NCBI GenBank assembly: GCA_000165425.1
Contig: CT868675.1
Coordinates: 248,001-312,000 of the forward strand
From: Paramecium tetraurelia
Taxonomy: Eukaryota
Direction: 5' to 3'
Length of the DNA: 64,000 nucleotides
The notes beneath the pieces are model-generated. The model worked only from the letters and a program-made list of their open reading frames with translations. It was not told where the DNA came from and made no database searches. Below are positions 31,460 to 43,616 of the stretch, in pieces (the first letter of the stretch is position 1; every line of letters begins with the position of its first letter). Made by a program: the position numbers and the translations under genes.

Positions 31460-33214
31460 TCATTCAGAATTTAAATAATTAATCATCATTTAAGATAACT
31501 TCTATCTTTTAATCAATTTTCTAGTGTTTGCATATTCTTTGTTCATTTGTTACAAAATTGAATTTATAAATTTTTAAATATTATCTTCTAATTTTATAAT
31601 CCAAGGCTCCTTTTCACCCTTGGCATTATTTATGTATTTTTAGATTAAAGAGGAAGCCATCACTCCTTCAATCAAGAAACTAATTGGATATTCTTTGTTA
31701 GGTTGTTCCTTCTCTGTTGAAAATGGTTTCTATAAGAATTAAAAGTTATTCTCTAATTCATTCAATTTATATTCATTTTGAATAGGAACATTCTTTTCAA
31801 CCCATTTCACTACTAATTCATGTATGATTGAGGATAGAATAATTGAATTCTACTAAATTCTTAATAGTTATTATTGATTATTTTATGATTGATCAGGATG
31901 TTGTTCCCAAGCTTTGAAAATGTTATTAAATGCAATTTATTTCAGAACAATAAATATTATCAAAATCATTTTTTAACAGTTTTCATTCATTTATCCTAAA
32001 CTACCAAATTTGGTGGTTGGAATTCTTACTATTTCAAATTTAGTATATGTTTTCAAAGGAGGAAATTAAAATGATTAAGTGATATCATTCAAATAGGATG
32101 CTAAAGGCCCTATGATAATTTCCTCTGCTTTAAATTCCTTAACTAATTTAATTGATAAAGTATCCAGCAAAGTACTAATTTTTTTCTTACTTAACGCATT
32201 CTATTTATCCTAACCCACTTACACTATCAGTGAATCAGAAGTATTCAATAAATCTAATAGGAAATTATTGGTTAAATCATCGATCCAATCTTAGAGCATT
32301 TCATTGGCTTCATCACGATTAGTTTATTACTACTTTTATTATTAGGCTTTCTTTATTTTTATTTCATTTTCCAATGTTTATAAAAATGTCCTACCAAACC
32401 ATTGCATATTTTGAACCCTTTTAACAATTTTCTTAAATTTCATGACGGAAGGTTTCTTGTAATCTCCAAATTATCTTTATTATTTCTTATCCTCTTTGAC
32501 TTTCTTTGCTAATCTTCTTTTTTTTTTCTCAGCTTTGATTTCATCTTATGATTTCTCCTCCCTGTAACTATTTTGACTATCTTTTTCTAATTATTATTAT
32601 TTACCCCGAACGGTTTCTTATTATTATTATTATTTGTTTCGAAAAGTTTCTAATTTTAATCTTTCTAATTGAATTTCTCTTTCTAAATACTCTTGCTTTT
32701 TTAGGGCGTCTGTTGATCTATTTTTTATAATTCTAAATTGCTATTCATTAGATAGATAAATTTTTGGGATATCTGTTTATTCAAAATAATCAAATTCTGG
32801 TGCTTTATAGATTGTTTAAGGAATTTTTTTTTTAACAATCACTCTTTATGGTTTTGGTGGTTCTTTTGGCAATCCAAAATCAGATAAATCAAATGCCAAT
32901 CTAATTTAACTTTCAGGTTGATGAACCATCAATCCTAGATTATAATTTAATGGCAATGGGTCGATGATTTAAGATTGAATAAAGGGTAATTTCTAATTAT
33001 TAGAATATGCTGGAATGAAATTTGTTTGATAGGCATAATTTAAAGAGCTTAAATAAGGGTTAAATTATTGTTATTGTTATTGCAATTATTATTGTTATTA
33101 TTATTAGTAATTTATTCCATATAATTATCCATACAAATATCTTTCATTTGAAGTAAGGGGTAATTGATTTATCAAAGGGAATATGCTCGAATTATTATGT
33201 TATAAATAATTCAT
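31460..33214 (-). CDS. Hypothetical protein (Gln/Pro-rich N-terminus, coiled coil)
   Basis: Long code-6 frame MNYLQHNNSSIFPLIN... ending YLNSE-TGA. Confidence 0.65.
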
Positions 33215-33376
33215 TATAAAAAAATTAATATATAGAATTTTAAATGTCATTAGAATTATTTTTTTCATTTTAATTAATAGAACCAATAGTATAAATTGTT
33301 ATGAGTATTAAAAATTGAGCAAAATCCTCTAAATAATTTACACTTAAGTGTTTATACTAATAATTTCATTAATTTA

Positions 33377-34564
33377 ATGATCAGATTTATTTCTGTCCAA
33401 ACAAAACCTTATCAAGGTTAGAATAATCTAGACATACTTGTTGACAACCAAATTTACTAATAATATTTTAATGGTGGCCAAAACTTGATCATTGAAGCCG
33501 AATTCGGAAACACATTAATCTAAGAAATCAACCTACGTACATTATTTTAACTTAAAGCAAGATCTTTGTCCTGAACCTGAGAAGGATATCTTATACAAAT
33601 GCTACAATCTCAACGAATTAGATCAAGAGTATAAGCGAATTAGTGGAAAATTGATAAAAATAAGGAATGAAGAAAATTATATCACCTACGCTGCATTTGT
33701 AAAATCAGAAGTGGTATTTATTATTCTTTATTACATAAGCCGTTCACACGATTAACAATAACTATATAATCAGAGAAATCTGATTCCTTTAAAATATATT
33801 ATTTTGGTGTAAGAGGTAAGAATATAGAAGAGGAATTGTAGCAATAAGAATCAATTGAATAGAAAAACATTAAAGTGATATTAAAGCGAGGAAGAAAAAC
33901 TGAAACTTTTAACAATAGAATTGTAGACAACGATAAAATGACTCCCTCAGAATTCTTTAATAGAGTTAAAAATGGTATCCCTATTAGTAACAGAGACTAA
34001 TAGCCTGAAAAAATAATTTATTCTAATTACGATGAAAAAATGAAAATTGAGTAAAGTTAAATAAATGATTAAAATCTTAAATTTACTGACAAAATACAAG
34101 AAGAATCAAAAGTCAAAGAAGATCCTGACAATAAAAAATACATTACTCTATATGATGATGATGAAAATTCTGTTTAATTCATAGATTAAAAAGTCAAATA
34201 ATAATAATAATAATAGCAATAACAATAACAATAACAACAAAAATAAAACAACAAAAGTCATTTTAGTTCCTAAAAGTGTTGCTTTTCTGATACTAAACAA
34301 GTTTCGAGCATTAAAATACCTTCTAAATAACTGAATATTACTGATTTCGCTTATTCATCAAAATAAACTGCCAATCAAGACATTAAAGTAGAATATAATG
34401 TTTTTCATAACATGATGAAATATACAGCCTCAGAAATTGATTAATAGTTTCTTCAATTTCACAAAACAAGTAATTATCTTAAAATTAATTTATTAGTTGA
34501 AGAATCCAAAAATGTGCCTGCAAAATATAGATTAATACATAGAATAAATACATAACAATACTGA
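33377..34564 (+). CDS. Hypothetical protein
   Basis: MIRFISVQTKPYQGQNNLDILVDN..., tiny introns, poly-Gln near 34200, TGA 34562-34564. Confidence 0.6.
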
Positions 34565-34587
34565 TTCTTTAATTAATATTTATTAAA

Positions 34588-34985
34588 TCATAAATTACCT
34601 TTTTTTAATTTTGTCAAATTCTCTATTTGACTTCTATATTTGACTATCATCAAAATAACTTGACATTTCCTGTCCAATAATATCAATAATGGAATTAAAC
34701 TTGTATTCATTTTATAGTAATTATAAGTTCTCTTTACAAATAATGATAAATTAATAATTTTCTAAATCAAAATTCTCCACTATCAATCAACATTTAATAT
34801 CCTATCCATACACGAAATAATGCCATTACTAAATATTCTTTAAATCTTCTTTCATATTTTTCGACACTATTTTATTGAGAAAAATAATGAGTCTTAAGAT
34901 CATGATTATCAACGCTAATTATTAAGATGTAGTTCTTAATTTTTTCATATTTGATCAAATTCTAATCTTCAAATCTTGGTCTCAT
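34588..34985 (-). CDS. Small hypothetical protein
   Basis: MRPRFEDQNLIKY... and ...REFDKIKKGNL-TGA; joining intron inferred. Confidence 0.35.
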
Positions 34986-35099
34986 TCTACTGATTGTAAT
35001 TTTACTAATACAAAATAAGTAATTAAAAAGCGCCGAAAACACATTTAATTGATGCAATAAAACTCAACTTAATTTATTTGTTTATAAAATTTAAATTTC

Positions 35100-35387
35100 A
35101 TGGAGGAGGAAGAAACTCAACTTTTTTAAATAAGGGATTCAGATGATGATGAGGATCTAATTCCTTAATTTAAAATAATGTCATTAAGAGATGGAAAACA
35201 TAGAAAGGTTTAATTGCAATCCTACAATAGTAATAATAAATCAGATATTAGAAAATAATAACAAAATCTCATGGAATAGAAAACTGTGACTAACTATTAT
35301 TAATCAGTTAACACTTTGCTTTATGACTTAAAAAAAGATTATTTAGAAAAAGTGGAAATAGAAAAAAAAAAAATAAATGAAGAATGA
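35100..35387 (+). CDS. Small hypothetical protein (95 aa)
   Basis: MEEEETQLFQIRDSDDDEDL...EKKKINEE-TGA, uninterrupted frame. Confidence 0.55.
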
Positions 35388-36045
35388 ATTAATATTAAAA
35401 TATAACATTATAATATGAAATTTTCACTAATACTTGGTTAAAAGAGAGTATGATTTTACAAAAATCTCAAAAATTAACAATTGATTTTAGCAAAATTAAT
35501 TAATCATAAACTCCACTATTTTTTTTTAGGGAAATTTAAGTTTAAAAACATACCGAAATCTTATTGTTTTGAAGGCAATTATACTATATAGTCTATTATT
35601 AGTGAATAGTAGTAACTATCAAATATATCATCAATAAAAATTATCCAATAACTTAATATTAATAAAAATATGTTCTGATGACATAAATAATAATAAATAA
35701 AGTGATAATGTGAGAACCTTGAATTAGAAACTAAAAAATCGTTTGATAATTTATAAGTTGAATGGGTTGAAATTAATTCTGAAACTTTGCTTATAAAAAT
35801 TGTTTTTATGAAAAGGATCTTTAATCATAGATGGCTGGAGATAATTAGTATATGTTAGATAATTACTTAAATTTTTACAATCTGTATTTTAAACTCATTT
35901 AGAATAAAATTATTAAGATAGTATTTACATTAGCTAATGATTTTATGATTCTGATGGTAAGTCTTATTTGATTGTCAATAGAAAAAGAATAGATTAGAAA
36001 ATATAACAATAGTCTTTTAAAAATGAATGATTATAGATAAATCAA

Positions 36046-37321
36046 TCAGATGTTATTAATTTTATAAAATCTTTGAATATCTGAATGAAACTCTCTGATT
36101 AGTTTCTGAGGTTATTCATGTATTAACTTCCTTATATGAGTCAAATGATTTCCTATAGTGTGGAAAGTAATTTGTTCTCTTTCATAATATAATAATAAAT
36201 CATACTTTTTAAGAATTTTGGTCAATAAATGGAAGCCTGCAAAGTATAATTTATTGATAACACTGATAACAGAATCTTCTTAATTTATTAGTTAATTTAA
36301 TTTATTGTCTTTGAGACTAACTAAAACAAAGGTTGTAATATTGATAAGAGTGATACTGAATGGGATTTTGATATCTTGAAAGATCTTGAGTGTTTACTTG
36401 ATATATATTTTATATTCTGTTATGAAAGCAAGCATTTACAATAATCCAAGTATACCAGCACCTCTAAGATCAGTAGCTGGATCAGTGCCTTAAAATCCAA
36501 TCATTTCCCAATGAGAACCATATCTTAGACAATAGTCAGTAGTCATGAGTTGGCAATAGATTGTATAGAGAATTCTAAAATGAGACTCGTTATTATCATC
36601 AAATGACAGTTGCGACATTAAGCAAACCTTGTTTAGAATTATAGTACTTGAGTTTTTTTCTTAGATGAGTCTACTACTTTTTAAATGGATACTAAAACAT
36701 CCGAATAGTTTATCTAAAAAAGATGTCTTTTTTTAGATAAATTCAATCTGGTCTCTGATGTCTTTAAGAACCCTTCATTTAATTCCCAAGCTTCAATGAA
36801 GTTTATTTATTTGATCTCATTTTTTTTCCTTTCCAAATCCATCATTTCTCTCTTTATTGAGCTTATTCGAATTCTTGTTCAATTTTGCCAAAATGCTTTC
36901 TCTCTGACAATCTAAAAACTTTTTTGTCTGGACTTTCTTTCTCCATTTGTCCAACAGGAGGTTTGTCGTTTTCATCATCACTAGACTGGCATTGCTGCTT
37001 AATGGGTGTTTCATTGATTTGATTATTCTATAATGCAATACTTTTAGCTTTGTCTTTGAGATTATTGACTAAAGGTCCATTTCTTTAATTTACATTTGTT
37101 CCTTTCTTATTTAATTTCTAATTTATTTTTTATCTAGCTTATTCGATGTGATCGTTCGATTATTAGAACACCTGTTTATGATCAAAATCGAAATCATCAT
37201 CATCTTTGGCCTAAGCAGCTGAAACTCCAGCCCATTCTGCTACTTCTCCTATTTCATCATCATTATCAATTATATTTTGGATATTTCTCTTTTTTTAAAT
37301 GGCCCTTTAATCAGCAATCAT
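36046..37321 (-). CDS. ELMO-domain protein (ELMOD, ARL/ARF GAP family)
   Basis: GSHWEMIGFQGTDPATDLRGAGILGLLQ, the ELMO/CED-12 GAP motif. Confidence 0.92.
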
Positions 37322-37332
37322 TTAAATAAATA

Positions 37333-38946
37333 ATGAATTAATAAGCAAAGGAACCACTTAATCCAGCAGTTTGTGAAGTCTTTCAAAAACTGCTGTCAGA
37401 TGTATTCATTAAAAAGATTTGGAAGGTAACAATGATACACAAAAGTAGGAATTCAGAGAATCAGGTAATTTATCTGAAGGTAAAATGACCAAATCTAATT
37501 TTACTAAAGAGATGTTAAAATAACTGAAATTGCATGTCAAAAGTAGAGAATACAGTTATATATCCTCTTAATTCTTTTTGATTTTGGCTCCTGAAGAATT
37601 CACAAGATATTAAAATAAAATGAAGAATGATTTTGAAGCCATTGTTGAAAGATCATGTGCTGAATCATATCGATTTGATCCAGATACACAATTGGTTCGA
37701 GAACCTGCATAAAGACGAGATAATTAATCAGAAAAACATCAACCACCAGATTAAGCCTTTGAAAATTGGTTTAAGTAGAATTATGATTAATAATTTCTTA
37801 AATGGTTTGGAACTAATTATAATTCTGACAAAAAAAAGATGAAGATTTCGGCTTTGGATGGTTTGTTTGAAAGATGGTTTAGGTCAAATAATGTTTAACC
37901 AATATTTGAAAAAGCATAATAAGAGAAATCTTAGTAAGAGAAAACTTACTTTGAAATTTGGGTTGGAAAGAAATATGAAACATTGTTTGAAAAGTTATTT
38001 GAAAGTAATATCAATTCATATCTAAGGATTTTAATTGGAATTTGATGATAAAATTGAAATCTAAGATTTAGTACTATCTCTTGGAGTATTAGCAAGAATG
38101 GAATTAGAGAAGAAATTGGAATTGATATTTGATTTAAGTGATGTTGATGAAGATGGATGTCTATCTATTGATGATATACAATAAATGATTAAAAGAATAG
38201 AAAAGAATTTTACAAGGGAAACTTCTCTTATAACTAGTGATTCATAAGCATTATAAAATGAATTGGCTTTCAAAAGAGCTATGAGAAAGTTTTCATGGGC
38301 TACTATTAAAATGGATAAACAGATTGAAATTAAAAATGATGAACTAGGTTTAATTGAAGGAAAGAAGTTTCTCGACTCTCTTAAATAAAACAAAATGTTA
38401 TTTGAAACATTTCTTCCTGGTTAACTCTTATTATATGATGTTTTAATGACAGATTAAGGAGAAAAAGAGTTTCAGATACAAGAAATCGATAACAAAATTC
38501 TAGATGAAAATCAATTCAAGTAAGAACCTAAAAAGGAAGATATCAAAAAAGAAGAATAGGTTGGATAATTTGAATTGTTTAGAAAAGAAATACATGCTCA
38601 ATTAAGAAATAATTATAAAGATAAGTAGATCATATATATAATATGTAGATTGTCCAAATAATATTTACAAGAACATAAAGGCTAAGTTCGCTATCCAGGT
38701 AAAATGGAAGTAGTGTAAGTTGGTAATCAAGCCAAAAGAGTTCCTAAATTAGAAAAATTTGAAGAGAAAAAAGAGGCTAAAAAGGAAAAAGAGGACACTT
38801 AATAAAATTAATAAAAATAAAACAATATTGAATCTCATGGTATAATTCCTATATTTATCGATATAGAAAAAAGATTGAAAGACATGAGAGAACAACGACA
38901 GTAATGGAACATAGAGAGCATATTAAAAGATTACAAAGCTGTATGA
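37333..38946 (+). CDS. EF-hand calcium-binding protein
   Basis: LELIFDLSDVDEDGCLSIDDIQQMI canonical EF loop; 23-nt intron near 37426. Confidence 0.75.
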
Positions 38947-39065
38947 ATTATTAATTTTCTTCTAGAATATATTTTAGTCTCTCTTATTATGGTTATCAGT
39001 ATATTAGAAATTTAATAAATTTAAGAATATATACTAAATCCATATTTAAAATATTTTTAATTCAT

Positions 39066-40179
39066 ATGTAAATCTCAATGCGTGCAGTAGTTATGGAAGG
39101 TCCAGGTTAAAAACCTGTTGTCAAAGAAATTCCAATTCCTACTCCTTAATCAGGCTAAGTTTTGATCAAGGTAGACTCTGCTCCAATCAATCCATCAGAT
39201 ATTTCCTTTTTGCATGGGGCTTATTCAAGCAATAAATAATTTCCTTGTGTTCCTGGATTTGAAGGTTCTGGGACAGTAATTGCTAATGGGTATGATTGAA
39301 TCTAATAATTTAGCGGAGGAATCATCGGATGGAGATTGGTAGGAAAAAGAGTGGCTTTCTATTCACAATCTTAATTTGGAACATTTGGAGAATATAGTGT
39401 TGCAGATGCCTTGGGTTGTTTAGAATTAGAAAATGATATTACATTATAAGAGGCTTGTTGTTCATTTGTTAATCCTTTGACAGTGATCTCAATGCTAGAA
39501 GTGGCAAAAGAGCATAAAACTTAAGCTGTTGTTCATACAGCAGCTGCCTCTTAATTAGGCAGAATGATGGTTCGACACTTTTAAGCGAATGGTGTTAGAG
39601 TTATTAATATTGTCAGAAGAGATGCTTAAGTAGAAATGTTGAAGAAGGAAGGAGCAGATATAATATTAAATTCATCCGATTCTGATTTCTTGGAAAAGTT
39701 GAAAAATGTTCTTTAAACTTTACGGTATTTATAAGGTCTATTTCAATAGAGCAACTGTTTTCTTTGATGCTGTAGGAGGAGAATAAAGTGGTAAAATTCT
39801 TGAAGTCATGCCTAGTCATTCAACTTGTTATGTCTATGGAGGACTAAGTCTGAAACCTGTTGGAAATGTCTCAATTATGGATTTGATATTTAAAGATAAA
39901 AAAGTTGTTGGGTTTTGGTTGACATAATATGTGAAGAGCAAAAACATTATTAGTTAAGCTCTATTGTTGAATTAATTAAAGGGATTGATAAAAACCAATC
40001 TTAAAACTATTGTGGCTAAAACAGTTGATGTATCTGAATTCAAAGAGGGCTTAGACTTTTATAAGAAAAACATGAGTGAAGGAAAGGTATTAATTAGATT
40101 CGATTAAAAATAATAATAAGAATAATAATAATAATAAGAATAATAATAATAATAATAATAATAATTACAGTAATAATGA
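39066..40179 (+). CDS. MDR-family (quinone oxidoreductase / zinc-ADH-like) oxidoreductase
   Basis: APINPSD, PGFEGSG, FVNPLT, HTAAASQLG, FDAVGG, YGGLS, GFWL, GKVLI; poly-Gln tail. Confidence 0.92.
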
Positions 40180-40826
40180 ATTTATAATATATATAGATGT
40201 TAAATTTATCATTAATTTAAGAATGTCTCTCAATGTATAATGTTAATAAATTTGATATTTACATATCTTAAGTAGCATCTAGAATTATATATAAAATGAA
40301 ATATTCAAACGAATACAATATGTAATTAAAAATAATAATTAATATATTAAATAAATATTTTATCATATTCTACCACCTTTCTAAAGTTAACAATGTATCT
40401 AGTAGAATTGTGGATGTTTATTTTCTGAATCTTTGATTAAAGTTTTATGTTTCCCCAAATTAATAAAAATTAAAATTTTATTATGAGGAAAATGTAGATA
40501 AGCAACATTCTTATCACATTTTTATTTAAACACACTTTAGTCGCTGAGTATATATAATGATTGTTTAGTCATAAGTGTCTATTTATGAGACAAGATAATA
40601 ATTTTAGAATGTTTTGTCGTATACTAACAATTGATGTTAACTGTTAAATGATTACATTTGTTTGGTTCTGTATTGCTGTTGAAAATCTAAAATGAACCCT
40701 AGATGAAGATCTTTAAAGATATAAAAAAGTATCTATTTAGTTCTAATACAAATAGTCAGAATTAAACAGTAGTAAAATTAATTTAAGTTGCTAATACCTA
40801 TTGTAATTAAAATATATTTTCTTTAA

Positions 40827-41360
40827 ATGTTAACTTCATTTGAAGACTGTTTATATGGTGAAAATACAGCACCAGGATTTTGCAATCTTGAGACTGATAC
40901 TTTCCCTTTTACCTAAATTGATGAATTCGAAAATTATAGTGGAATGCTGATAGAAGCTCAATTATAAGATTAACTCAGCTTTAATATTGATTAACCAGAA
41001 AGTGAGTCTCAATCAGCATTCCACAATAAAATCCCAAAATCAAGCAAATAAATTCATAAGAAAAAATATAGATTCCCTAGAGAATCTAAAAATTATTTCA
41101 AAAACATTGGGCCAAAGCTCAAGGAATTCATTATTGAAAATTTCTCTCATATCCCTCAAATAATGAATCAACCTCTAATTAAAGAGTTTCTGGATATACA
41201 AAATTAGAGGCATATCAAGTTGCATATTTAGCGACTATGTGAAACAAGAGAAGGCTAAGCTATTGCTAAGTCTTACTTCAAAAACTATAGATGGGCCAAG
41301 TCTCTTGTAAACGATGATCTCAGTAGCTATTTTCGCCTTAATAGCGATTGGAATAATTGA
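40827..41360 (+). CDS. Hypothetical protein (177 aa)
   Basis: Intronless frame MLTSFEDCLY...ESKNYFKNIGPKLKEFI...NSDWNN-TGA. Confidence 0.7.
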
Positions 41361-42407
41361 TTATATGTATATTATAACAATATTCCACTTTATTTATATT
41401 TTTTACTAATTTTAAGTATTCTAGCTGTTCAATAAGGAACAAAAATATCCTCAATAATCTAAAGAGTTTCTTCTATATACTAATATTAATAATTTAAAAA
41501 AAACTAATCTATCAAAATCAAACTTATTACTTTTTATCGGCTGTTTAGAAATCATTAAAAGGAAAATATCTTAACATTAATTACTATGTAAACCAAATAG
41601 TTTGAGAGATTTAGTTAGTAATTTAGATGGATAATAATTTTATCTAAATGAAATCTATTAAGCCTAAATTCCATAAAGAGTATCAATTATTAATCAATAC
41701 TAAGAATACTTTATTACTCTACATCATATTGGATCATATTCGATCAATTAACTGAGTCCTTGACTTGAAATTTTATAATATCAAATACATATTTATATTG
41801 CTTAAATTTTCAAATATTTAGTAAAATAATGATTATAATAAAGTGAATTCATTTGAGAAGATTGAAATATTTGACTTAATTAGACACATATGGCTCTTAA
41901 AAATTAGGATAATAGCCCAAAAGATATTAAATAGAATTATTTAAAGTATCTAAAAATAATTATTTTATTTTTTTTAAATAATGGAAAATTCAATTATTGA
42001 TAGGCCACTCAGTAATAATGAAGTATTGATAATGCTTTTTTTATGAAATTTACTTAAACTACTATTTATTAATAATTAATAAATCCATCCACTCTGCAAA
42101 GTCAACATATTTGAAAATCAAGGTCTATATTTATAATCAGATAATGTCTAAAAGTATTAAATCAATTATCAAAATGATCTTTGAAAATAAATGTACATAA
42201 GATTTTCTTATTGCACAAGCTATTTATTCTAAGATATGAAAGAAATCATCCTACAATTGAGAGAAAGAAAACAAATATTATTAAATAAATAATTAATAAA
42301 GTCATACCCTTACATAAAATTGCGATTACTAAAAGTCGATTATCAAATATATTATATTTTTAATATAAGTGTTGTATATTTTATAATTTAATTGCAAAAG
42401 GTTAAAA

Positions 42408-43514
42408 TCATAAATTAATTAATGATTATAGATGTTGTAATAATTAATCCTTTTATTTTATTTTTTCTATCAGCTCTTTATTTTAGGATTCTCTCAACAT
42501 ATTCATACATACTTCTAAATAGGGTTGCTTTGAATTTTTATTCAATTTGCACTGTGCACATATTATAATCTGTGTAAATTTAGGATAAAGTCCTTATAAC
42601 AATTCAATCTATCGTTAATAATACTTGGTTTATTTTTCATTTAGAAGATGAATTTTCATGATGCTATTTGAAAAATTGAGTTCAATATAAAAGTACTCCC
42701 GATTATCTGAACTAGTCGTAATAAAGAAGAGATTCTCATAAATTAATTCCAAATCATATTTAATTTGTTCATATTAAAAAACATAGTTTTAGTATTTTTC
42801 CATAAATTACTTTTAATTCATTTCTTAATTTAAAATGGAACTAGGAAAGAAAATTAGTGTCTTACCTTTTTTGGCCTAATTTGAATTGTCTTTGATATAT
42901 TAATTTAAATTCTGTTGATTTAAATATTAGGCGAAAGCATCAATAATTTCATATGATTCCTATGTAATTGCCTCTTTTGTAATCAATTAATTGAAATAAT
43001 ATTAACCTTAATTGTCTTTAGTAATATGTTCAGAACTGAAGTATGCATCTTTCGGGGCTTTTTCTGTATTGCCTTGAAAGTAGATTTTTTTTGTCTTCTT
43101 TTCATATATTATTATTTAGTTGTTCTATTGCAGAGTGCATCTATACAATTAATTAAAATGATCGTCTAGCTTGAATTGATATTCTAAAGTTTTAATTCGC
43201 ATTCCTTATGGTTATTCTGATCTTGTTTCGTATGATGTGGATTCTGTTGAAATTTTGAGAATCTAAAATTCATTGTTTGAAATAGCCAATTCAACATTTT
43301 TTACTTTAGGAGAGTCATTCTCAATTTATTGATCTAACATATCTTTATCATTAGAATGATGTAATATTGATATTGATTATTTTATTACGTTCTTAATGTT
43401 GTGATCCTTTTATTCGCCTGTTAAAAATTTACAGTACTTTAGAATAATGTAGATTAATAATAATCCAAGGAGAGCAGCTATAATTATTATTATTACTATT
43501 TGATAGATTTCCAT
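42408..43514 (-). CDS. N-terminally membrane-anchored protein with degenerate Ulp1/C48-like domain
   Basis: Intronless 368-aa frame; TM IVIIIIIAALLGLLLIYIIL; C-terminal half aligns by eye with the Ulp1-like gene at 55335. Confidence 0.75.
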
Positions 43515-43616
43515 AGTTATTGAAAATAAAATAATGTTAGGAAAATAAAAGTAGTATATATATATAATTAAAGTAATGATCAGGATAATAATTATTATAT
43601 TAATAAATTCAGAAAA

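Noticed and set aside
35415..36030. Possible plus-strand gene before ELMOD
   Set aside because: Coding-like, but frames could not be joined confidently
42841..42865. Intron-like gtaag..ctag (25 nt) in the membrane-anchored Ulp1-like gene
   Set aside because: Splicing would shift the frame into a nearby TGA; the unspliced frame stays open and matches the paralogue (KTLIFFP ~ RTLIIP)
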